64,000 nt of DNA, from assembly GCA_964016885.1 (NCBI GenBank), contig OZ024743.1, forward strand, positions 215,636,001-215,700,000. The letters run 5' to 3'. The position numbers and the translations under genes were made by a program. The notes beneath the pieces were generated by a model. That model had not been told where the DNA came from. It made no database searches and was given only the letters and a program-made list of their open reading frames with translations. The stretch is from Eledone cirrhosa (lineage: Eukaryota). Shown piece by piece: positions 11,212-21,858 of this stretch; position 1 is the first letter of the stretch; each line of letters begins with the position of its first letter.

Positions 11212-14200
11212 TAATGATTTCATTTATTAGCCACGAGAGCCGACATGTAGGGGACAATACAAATACATGGAGAGTGGGGTTTTACAATAAGGTCGAGTAA
11301 AAGTGCACAATGGCAAGACTAATTTAATAATCAATATATAAAAAAAATATAAAATAAACTATGCATAAATATAACAAAATAAATTCCTCGATAATGGCTG
11401 GAGGACCCTGGGGTGACTCGGGTACTCCACCAATCCTGAACTACCTTGCGCTTCTAGGGCACCCAGGGAGAATACCCCTCTCCTCAAGTTAGCTAGCCTA
11501 TAGGCACATGGTCAGAGTAGGCCTATTCACACGGGCTATTAACGCCACATTCATCCACCTTTTAGCAAATGTACTGGGAGGCAGCACTTCTCTCTTCACC
11601 CTCACCTTCCTTTCCAGGTGAAACTTGAAGAAGTTGATGAGGGATTGGCCGAATAGAAAAGTGTCTGTCTTCTGTCCTTTTAATGTGCTCCACCATATAA
11701 CCTCTTTCGCAACTGCCACCAGACAGAGGAACATTTCCTGCTCTTCGTGACCTAAGGAAGGCGGCGGGTCGATCTTCACTATGGACTCGGCCGATAGCCG
11801 GATTCGATCCACACGCGACAGTAGCTGTACGACATAACTCCAAAAGTCAGTAATGCAGGGACATTGGACAAGTGCGTGCAGAACGGTTTCGTCGTTCTGT
11901 GCTCATCTTGGGGACGGTCCGTCTGACAGCACTTCCGTCCCTGTAGAGTTTATCCCGCACAGGCAGTGCCCCCCCCCCCCCCCGGTAGCACTGTCAAGCG
12001 AGGGATTTCTGGAAATTGTCAATCGTCCCCGGCTCGAAAGTCCTCCGGTACAGACTGGTCAGTTTGACTTCGTCGAGGCCCAAAGCTTCTCCGAGTGCGT
12101 CATCGCACTTTCCCACCACTAATACTCTATAGAACTCGAGAGTGGATGTTCCACTGATCGCATTGCCCGCTTGGTAGAGGGCAGTGAGTGCCTGGCATCA
12201 TTCCAGCTGCCAGTCACCCAGTCTCGGTCTCTTCTTGACCCAGGTCTGCAGCTCAGTCAAGGAAACGATCTGCGGAAATGCCCGTCTGATAAAAGGCGAC
12301 CACACCTGTTCACCGTTTAGGCAGAATATCTGGAGATGTCGCAGCCTCAACGCATGTCTGCACATCATTATCCAGGCCATGCCCAGCCTCCGCATAGAGG
12401 GTACTGACAGCAAATGAACCGCCTCACCAACGGAACTTGTCCCCTCCACAAGATTTGAAGAGGAGCCGTTCCAACTTGACGAGGCGTGGATGGAGGCAAG
12501 GCACGACGGTCAGGCGTTAGTAGATGAAGGACGCGATGTACGCATTCGCCACCTCCGCGCGACCTTTCAGTGATATCTTCCTCAGCCTATTTTTGGGTGA
12601 GACTTGCTACTCTGCACGGTACCTCGTCCCAATTATTTTCCACCTGGAGGTCTGATCCAAATCAAACCCCGAGCAGCTCTACCGCTCCGTCCGTCCAGCA
12701 CCCCACGACGCTGTTGGACGGCATGGGCTTGGCTCTCCAGGTACCGAGCTGCAAGCCCACCGACTTTTCCGGGTTAAGTTTGGCTCCTGTCAACCTTTCA
12801 TATTCCTCCAATAAGGTGCCGACCACCTCGATTTCTGAGGTGTTCCACACCATCACGGTGATGTCGTCCGCATAAGCCGACACCGCCCTTTCACGTCCCG
12901 GTTCGAGCAGGATGCCCTCCAACAGCTCCAGCTTCCGCAGTAAAGAGTCGAGAGTCAATACGTACAGAAGGGAAGACAGAGGACACCCTTGACGGGCCGA
13001 TCGGGGAGCCGAAATGGTTCCTAGAGGTGGCCATTAACCCTGACCACCGAGCGGGTGCCGCTGTGCATTGCAGCGGTCCAGCTTCTGAAGACAGGGCCGA
13101 CAAACTCCAGATACCGATGATCGACCCTATCAAATGCTTTCGATTGATCTAAATTGATCAGTGCCCCACCGAAGCCAGGTTTACACCCTACCCTCTCTAT
13201 GATCTATCACATGAGGTGGGGACTGTCGTGTATGTACCAGGCTGGGATTGAGCAAGTTTGCGCTTCCCCAACCAAATCATCGACGACAAGCGCCAATCTC
13301 TTTGCTAACACCTTGGCCACAATCTTAAACTCTGTGTTGAGCAGAGTTATGGGCCTGAATTTGTCTAATGTATCCCTCTTGTTCTCGTCTTTCCTTATCA
13401 GCATCACCACTCCCCTGCTCACAGAACTGGGAATATTCCCATTCTGCTGCCAGTTGAAGTAGAGTTCTTCGAGGAGATCGGAGATGTCTGACATATTTAC
13501 GTAAAGCTCGTAGGGCAGGCCATCCAAACCGTGTGACTTGCGCCTCATGCAGCCGACAAGGGAGTCCTGAATTTCGGCTGATGTAATCGGCCTTTCGCAG
13601 CGCTCAGCATCGACCGTCGAGATGCGGGGCAAGCCGTCAATGTAGGGAGCGAATTCCACTACTCTCTCTGACTCGCCACTCTCCCCGATCAACCGAGCAT
13701 AGTGCTGGCAAAAGGCCTCACACATCCGCTTGGAATCGTTTATCTCATGTCCGGCTATGTCCGCCAAAAACCGAATTGTGGTTTTATTACCACGCTGTGC
13801 CTCCGCCACGCGGGCCCATCGGACAGCTTTGGTTCCCTCGTTTCTCAGCGCACGCGCCTTAGTTCTTACAATGCAAACTTCGTGTTTCGCATTGAAGAAA
13901 TGGTCTAATACCATTCTCGCCGCTAGCACGTTAGTTGCAATGCCACTACAAATAGCCTCGGCCAACTTATCTACCCGCTCCCCTTCCTTTCTAGTTTTCA
14001 CTAACGCTAGTTCTTTGCTGAACTCTATCGAAGTTACTCTAATCTCTCTTTTGAGAGCACCCCACCATCTGTTGTTGATGATCCACCCTGTCAACTTTTG
14101 TTTAACTAAACTGTTGACTCGGTCCCGGTAGTTCTTACGTGCCGGAAATGACATGTTCAGCTTCCAGTTACCCGGTCCGAACCTACGCGTTTTATGTAGG

Positions 14201-16996
14201 TCGACCATACAGATCACAAATTTGTGATCAGAATAGGCGACCGTTTTAAAAAGTCGGCAGCCTACACTGTTTCTATCTATTTTCCTAATGAAGATCCTGT
14301 CTATATACGATCTAGATGACCCCATTGGGTTGGTCCATGTCCATACTGACACATTGAAGAAATCTAGTCGATACCTGCCAGAGAGCTGGAACTGGCTGAG
14401 TAGGTGTTTGAGGCTTTTGTACCCCCACCCCCGCTCCTATCAGCTACTCCCACACAATCCCAGCGTGCGTTTAAGATGCCATTCCAGTCGCCCGCTAACA
14501 GTAAAGTGCGAGACGTACAAAGAAAGGTCTCCAGGCGCCTAAAGAAGTCCGGTCGTCCGGCCCCTGTAGGGGCGTAGACGGCCAGCAGTCTAATGGCACC
14601 ACCTTCTCTACTCCTCACATCCAAGACCACCTACTTACCGTCCAGGTCTCGGAAGATCGACCTTACTTCGAGATCCAGTCCTGTCCTAAACAGCACTGCC
14701 AGCCCACCTCCCATTCACGGTCTGCTAATAGATGCTAATATCTGATAGTCGTCAAAAATGGGGGCTAGTGCGCGCGTGTCGGAAATTATGGTCTCGCTGA
14801 CAGCAATTACATCCATTTCCAGCGACCTGAGGTCATTGAGCAGGCGACTCTGCTTCCAGAGTGAACCCAGGCCGCGAAAATTTAAACTTCCTATTCTTAA
14901 TATGGCCATGTTGGGAAGCTAAAAGAGAAAGAGAAGGTTTTCTTACCTCCCGGGGTCCTATAAAGGTCGGGTGGTTCAACCTCCGTGGTTGGTGGGGTTT
15001 CTTTTGGGAACCCCTTTAAAAGTCTCGAGGTTGGTTTCACATTCGGGGTTCCCACGTCTTGAGGAAAGCTCTCCCGAATTTCTCTGAAAGAATCGAGTGA
15101 CATTCGGACCAGAAGCAAATCTTCTGGCACGCAAAATGTGCTCATTTCAAAAATCTCTCCCTCTGTTTGAATGTCCTCGCTTCGTGCTAAGAGGGCCATC
15201 AGTTTATCGTTTGCCCTTCTGACAAAGCACGAAGCTTTTAACATTTTGTTGGTGTGGTTTTATTTGTTTTCATTTTGGTGACTGTGGTGGTGTTGTTTCG
15301 AGTATGTCCGTGTTTGTTGTAGGTGTGGTGTCTGCAATTTCAGGTATTTGTGTGTTTATTTGTACTTGTGTTTGTTTAGGTTGTTTGCGTTTCGGGGATT
15401 GCGATGTTATTAGGGAAGTGTTTGCGTTAGTGTTTGTATTTTTTGTTGTGTATGATTTTGCGTTTTGTTGGGGCTTTTTTTTTTTGTGAGTTTTATCTGT
15501 TTTTTGGGGTTTTCTTTCATCTTCGCTGCTGGAAGACAAAGGGTCTGTGGCTGTGAGTGTCTCTGTGTCTGTGTGTCCGTTTATTGTTTTGTCTATGTGT
15601 ATAATTGGAGAGGGCGTGTGGGAGAGCTTTCCTCGTTTTCCTTTGGATTGGTTTCGGTGTTGGTGGTGGTCCGGCTGTTTTTGATGTTGGTGTCAGTCTC
15701 TTTGTTGGTGTTGTTTTTGGTGGTGGTGGTGCAGCTTTCCGTGCTGAGACTGGCGTTGGCAACAAAGGAGGTTTGCGACCCCCTGAATTTTTGCGCTGAG
15801 GGCAGAAGGCTCGCAGATGTATTGCTTCCCCGCAGACGAAGCAGTGTGGCCTTCTTTCCTCAGTGATTAGTGTGATTCTTGTCCCATCCTGCAGGCGGGC
15901 AAAATCCGGGATGTTGTTCATGTCCTCCGGTTTAATTTGGAGAAAAATCTCCAATCCATTCCGGACCAGTCTTCTCCCTGGTTCCTTTTGATATCCAGGA
16001 GGATGATGTCTGTCCCCTCCTCGATTACGCATCCCAGCAACCACCATATGCTCATTCCTGGTGGGATGCTGGGAATGCTCATCTTTACTGTCCTTTTACC
16101 CATGTATGATAATGCGTTCCGTTCTGGAGGGGGTCACCCAGTGCTTAATAGCAAGGGCCCCGGTTTTCAACAGTACCTACATGGTACCGATGCACTTCCG
16201 ATGCACTCCAAAGCAGCCTCGATTTCTGCTTGGCTGGCAAGTTCCACTTTTCGTGTCTGCACCGAAATGCATTGAAAGTACACCGTCCTCCTTTGCATGG
16301 CCGCTATTGCCCCGTCAGGGATGGTTAGGTTGGCTCAGGACTTCTCCCGTTTAATTAGCCTCCACGCCTGGGCCAACTGTTCGTCGATATTGCTAATATC
16401 AATATTCAATAAGCGCTTCGTTTTTGCTGCTGCTGCAGCAATTGTGGTCCCTCTGTTGATCTTGTGGTTGGTGTTGTGGTTCTTGCTGTTGTTATTGGTG
16501 TTGTTGTTTTGTTTATTGTTGCTGTTGCGAGCGCCATCCGTGTTTGCATTGAATCTGTCGGTGTTATTGTCGTTGTTGTTTTTGTAGTGGTGGTGGTGAT
16601 GTCATTTTCAGATGATACTGCTGCTAACACAGAAGGTTGTGATGGAAGCTTTTGAGTTTTCCTTCACTTTCAGTCTAGTAGACGACAAGCATGTCTGTAG
16701 CAGTTGTAGTTGTGGCGCTTTTGAACTTTTGACCTGAACGTTGTTTACCGTTTCAAGGTCGAAAATTTCCTCTTTTTTTTTTCGGTGGGGAAGCAATTTT
16801 TTTCGAAGTTTCTAAAAATAAATCTGAATATTCGGGCTTAAAGCCAGAATATTGAGAGGTATCCCTTCCTTGAAACCAAGGTAGGTGCCTTATGTTTCGT
16901 TAACGACAAGAAAATACGAAATATTATACTTTAAAACAGCTTAAAGTTACAAACCTTTTCCCCGGCAACCTTGTCCGTCTTCACACATGTGCGTCC
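11212..16996 (-). mobile_element. Tx1/L1-clade LINE family A, full-length but decayed
   Basis: Fragmented ORF1 with CFVCGEAIHLRAFC knuckle (15517-16047); ORF2 fragments with APE (GSLNFRGL..VSET, GDWN, YIDR, SDH), RT (FRPITLLN, AYADD) and C-terminal region; polyA-signal 3' end at ~11220. Confidence 0.92.
11498..14909 (-). pseudogene. Tx1 family A ORF2 (APE-RT), multiple frameshifts/stops
   Basis: ORF pieces 14715-14909, 14364-14630, 13207-14352, 12662-12958, 12198-12449 and 11498-11812 are colinear with family B ORF2. Confidence 0.9.
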
Positions 16997-17010
16997 AAAA
17001 CAACAGCAAT

Positions 17011-17064
17011 AATAATAATTGTTTCTACGCTAGGCACCAGGCCAGCAGTTACCCAGTTCATTAC

Positions 17065-17068
<4 letters not shown>
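17011..17068 (-). mobile_element. SINE 3' fragment embedded in (AAT)n
   Basis: Minus strand: accagtaatgaactgggtaactgctggcctggtgcctagcgtagaaacaatt(att)n, with AAT repeats on both sides. Confidence 0.7.
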
Positions 17069-17117
<49 letters not shown>

Positions 17118-17118
<1 letters not shown>

Positions 17119-17925
17119 GGAGAGGGAGAAAATTAACCGATACCAGGACCTAAAGTGGGAGGTGAAAAGGATTTGGAACTGCCATGAAGTCAAAGTGATC
17201 CCGATTGTCATAGGCGCACTGGGGACTATCTACAAAAGCTTCCAGGGATGGTTAAAGAAAATCGGCCCCTTCACGCTTTTTGGAACGCTTCAAAAGGCAT
17301 GCTTGCTTGGAACAGCAAGAACCCTCCGATACGTCCTGAATATCTGAGGCTGCAGGTAGTGGCTTGATATTCAATCCAACGGACTTTCCAGTTAACCAAC
17401 ATCAATGACTGAGATTCAAGGAATAACAACAACAATAATAATAATAATAATAATAATAATAGAGAAGGAGAGGGAGAAAATTAACCGATACCAGGACCTA
17501 AAGTGGGAGGTGAAAAGGATTTGGAACTGCCATGAAGTCAAAGTGATCCCGATTGTCATAGGCGCACTGGGGACTATCTCCAAAAGTTTCCAGGGATGGT
17601 TAAAGAAAATCGGCCCCTTCACGCTTTTTAGAACGCTTCAAAAGGCATGCTTGCTTGGAACAGCAAGAACCCTCCGATACGTCCTGAATATCTGAGGCTG
17701 CAGGTAGTGGCTTGATATTCATTCCAACGGACTTTCCAGTTAACCAACATCAATGACTGAGATTCAAGGAATAACAACAATAATAATAATAATAATAATA
17801 ATGCTTGCTGGGAACAGCAAAAACCCTCCAATACGTCCTGAATATCTGAGGCTGCAGGTAGTGGCTTGATATTCATTTCAACAAACTTTCCAGTTAACTA
17901 ACATCAATGACTGAGACTCTAAGGA
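17118..17925 (+). mobile_element. three head-to-tail 5'-truncated R4/Dong family X ends (17118-17422, 17461-17770, 17801-17925)
   Basis: Each ends in LRYVLNI* plus the same 3' UTR and is separated from the next by (AAT)n. Confidence 0.93.
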
Positions 17926-17926
17926 C

Positions 17927-17975
<49 letters not shown>

Positions 17976-17979
<4 letters not shown>

Positions 17980-18111
17980 TTTCATTTATTAGCCACAAGG
18001 GCCGACATGTAGGGGACAATACAAAGACAAGGACAGTGGGGGTTTACAATAAGGTCGAGTAAAAGTGCACAATGACAAGACTAATTTAACAATGAAAATA
18101 TAAAAATATAA

Positions 18112-18112
<1 letters not shown>
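17976..18112 (-). mobile_element. Tx1 family A 3' UTR fragment
   Basis: Closely matches 11214-11355; flanked by (AAT)n. Confidence 0.85.
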
Positions 18113-18155
<43 letters not shown>

Positions 18156-18416
18156 TTTCTTTATTAACCACAAGGGTTTACATAAACTAGACATTAAGGA
18201 CAGTGCAGGACAATGCAGGACGGTACAAATGGGCATTTCTGCGTGTAAAAAAAACAAAAACAGAGGATGTAACAAAAATAACAATGAAAATAACAATGAA
18301 AAATTCCCCAATAGGGGGGAGACTTCGGAGGGACATTTGTGGAGAAAGCCCAGTAAAAAGCCACAATGACCCTGACCACCAAGGCAAGTGCCCTCTCCCA
18401 GTTTTCCACCTTTAGT

Positions 18417-21400
18417 TTACAGATATATACTCAGAGTCGGCCCATTCACTCGGGCCATTCTTGCTTCTCTCACCCATCTTTCAACAAAATGCTGGGAAGA
18501 GAGCACTTCCCTCTCTACTCTGATTTTCCTTTTCAAATGAAATTTGAAAAAGTCAATCAGAGCATCACCGAAGAGGTAAGTGCTCGTCTTCAGCCCTTTC
18601 AAACGTGTCCACCATACTATCTCTTTCGCCATGGCCACCAGACAGATAAAAACTGCCTGCCCTTCCCGGCTAAAGGAGGAGGGCGGGGCAATCCTCACGG
18701 TAGACTCAGATGATAGCTGGATCCGTCCTAAACGCGACAGCAGGTGTTCGACATAAACCCACAAGTCAGCAATTTTCGGACACTGGACGAGTGCGTGCAG
18801 GACGGTTTCGTCGCCCTGCGCGCATCTCGGACATGCCCGGCTGACGGCACCTCCATGCCTGTAGAGTTTATCCCGAACTGGCAAGGCTCCTCGGTAGCAC
18901 TGCCAGGCCAGAGATTTCTGGAAGTTGTCCATAGGCCCCGGCCCGAAAGTTCTTCCGAAGAGATTGGCTAGTTGATTTTCGTCGACGCCTAGAGTTTCCC
19001 CAAGTACGTCGTCGCTCTTCCCCTCCACTAATCCTCTATAGAACGCCGAGGTGGAGTTTCCACCGATCACATTGCCCGATTGGTCGAGGGCTGTGAGCGC
19101 CTGAAGACATTCCAGTCTCCAGGCGCTCCCTCTCGGTCTTCGCTTGACCCAGGACTGCAGCTCCGTCAAGGAAACGAGCTGGGGAAAAACGCGTCTAGCA
19201 AACGGCGACCACACCTGATAACCGTCGAGGAAGAGGTGGAGATGTCGTAGCCTGAGCGCGTGCCTGCGCATCATCAGCCACGGCATGCCCAGCCCTCCAC
19301 GTAGCGGGTGTTGACAACAGATGGACCGCCTGACCATCGGAGCACGTCCCTTCCACAAAAAGCGAAAGAGCAAACGCTCCAGCGCAGTCAGGCGAGGCTT
19401 AGGACAAGGTACGACGGTTAGGCGGTAGCAGATGGCAGACGCGATGTACGCGTTAGCCACCTCCGCTCGACCTTTCAGGGATAGCTTCCTCTCCGCCCAT
19501 TTCTGGGTGAGAGAAGCCACCCTGCTCGTCACCTCGTCCCAGTTTTTGTCCGTCTGGAGGTCCGGACCGAACCAGACCCCGGTCCGTCCGTCCAGCGCCC
19601 GACGACGCTGTTGGACGGCATGGACCTGCCTCTCCAGGTGCCGAGCTGCAGGCCCACTGACTTTTCCTGGTTGATCATTGCTCCTGTCACCGCTTCGTAT
19701 TCTCTTAGTGTAGTGCCGATCGCCTCGATGTGTTTGGCGTTCGACACCACTACGGTGACATCGTCCGCATATGCTGACACGGATCTTCCGCATCCTAGTT
19801 CGCGCGGGACTCCCCTCAACGTCTCCAGTTTGTGCAGTAAGGGCTCGAGAGTCAATACGTACAAGAGGGACGAGAGGGGACATCCTTGGCGGACCGAGCG
19901 CATGATGTTGAACGGTTCCGACAGGTGACCGTTCACTCTCACCACAGAGCAGATGTCGCTGTGCATGGCAGCGATCCAGCCTCTGAAGACGGGCCCAAAG
20001 CCAGCCGCCCTCAGGACTGCCGCTAGGTAACGATGGTCGACCCTATCGAAAGCTTTCGACTGATCTAAATTGATCAAGGACCCACCCGTGCCAGGTTCCC
20101 TAGCTACCCTCTCTACGATGTATCGCATGAGGTGGAGGTTGTCGTGGATGGATCTGTCGGGAATGGCGCATGTCTGCGCCTCTCCCACCAGACCACCAAC
20201 GACAAGCGCCAACCTCTTTGCTAGCACCTTGGCCAAAATCTTAAACTCTGTGTTTAGCAGAGTTATGGGCCGGAAATTGTCTATGTTATCCCCCTTGTTC
20301 GGATCCTTTCTCAGCAGTGCCACCGCTCCTCGGCTCACAGAACTGGGAATTCTCCCGTTCTGTTGCCAGTTGCAGTAGACGTCCGCCAAGAGGCCTCCGA
20401 ACAAGTCTGGCATCTGTACGTAAAGTTCATAGGGCAGACCATCCAAACCAGGCGATTTACCCCTTGTGCAGCCAGTCATTGCCTCCCTTACTTCAGCGGC
20501 TGTTATCGGCTTTTCGCAACACTTCGCCTCAGTGGCCGAGAGCCGCGGCAGTCCGTCGAGGTAGACACTAAAGTCCATCCCTCTACCCGGCCCACCGCTG
20601 CCCCCGAACAGCTGAGCGAAGTGTCGCTGAAAAGCTTCACACATTTGCCCGGGATCGAGTAGCATGCGCCCGTCGTGGTCCACCAAAGACCGGATCGTGG
20701 CTTTGTTGCCACGACGCGCCTCTGCCACTCGGGCCCATTGAACGGCTTTCGTCCCCTCGTGTCTGAGAGCACGCACCCTAGCTCTGACAACGCAGCATTC
20801 GTGCTTTGCATTGAAGAATTGGTCAAGGGCCAATTTCGCCGCAAGCACGTCGGTCGCAATGCCTTTGCTAAGCGCCTCGTCTAATTTTCTAACTAGTTCT
20901 CCCTCTGCTCTATTTTTCTCTATTGCTAAAGCCTTACTAAACCTAATCGATTCTATTCTAATCGCTCTTTTCAGAGCAAACCACCACTTGTTGTTGACGA
21001 TGGCCCCCGTCAACGCCCGCTTAACTAGTTCGCTATTCCGGTCTCTGTAGGCCTTGCGCGCTGGTAAGGACGCGTTTAGCTTCCAGTAGCCGGGTCCTCG
21101 TCTATGAAGCCTATCTAAGTCAAGCACACAGATCACGAATTTGTGGTCCGTGTAGCTGACTATCTTGAATTGTGGACAGCCTATGCTAGACCTATCTATT
21201 TCCCTACAAAATACTCTATCTAGATATGATCTGGATGACCCTATGCGGTTTGTCCAAGTCCACATTGGCACATTCGGGAAATCCAATCGGTACCTGTCAG
21301 ACAGTTCAAAACGCCTGAGCAGGTTGGTGAGGCTCTTGCACCCTCCACCCCTATCCGCTAATCCCACACAGTCCCAGCGTGCATCTAAGATCCCGTTCCA

Positions 21401-21823
21401 GTCGCCCACTAACACTAAAGAGCGGGACGTTCCAAGAAAGGTCTCCAGACGCCGGAAGAAATCAGGCCGCCCTGCTCCTGTCGGGGCATAGACGGCCACT
21501 AGCCTGAAAGCTTGCCCGTCTCCGCTGGTCACGTCCAGCACCACCAGCTTACCCTCTGGGTCCAGGAAGATGGCCCGTATGGCGAGATCCAAACCTCTCC
21601 GAAAAAGCACAGCAACTCCTCCACCCGATCCAGGACGGCTGGGAGATGCGTACACATCGTAGCCGCCGAAGATCGGTACGAAGGCCCGTGCTTCGGAGAT
21701 TCTGGTCTCGCTGATGGCCACTACATCTATGTTTAGTGACCTGAGGTCGTTGAGCAGGTGACCCTGCTTCCATGACGACCCCAAGCCACGCGCATTTATG
21801 CTGCCTATTCTGAGTGAGGTCAT
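18417..21823 (-). pseudogene. Tx1 ORF2 (APE endonuclease-RT-Cys-rich C-terminus) with one frameshift at ~19580
   Basis: 764-aa plus 488-aa overlapping frames; motifs NARGL/SET, GDWN, TDH, QGCPLS, AYADD, CPRC..ETVLHALVQC. A 13-nt deletion relative to the copy at ~58848 breaks the frame. Confidence 0.93.
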
Positions 21824-21858
21824 GTTTAAAATAGAGTGGAAAAGATGGGAAAGACCAC

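Noticed and set aside
17069-17975. CRISPR-like repeat/spacer periodicity
   Set aside because: Units are retrotransposon 3' ends separated by AAT microsatellite in eukaryotic DNA; no cas genes.
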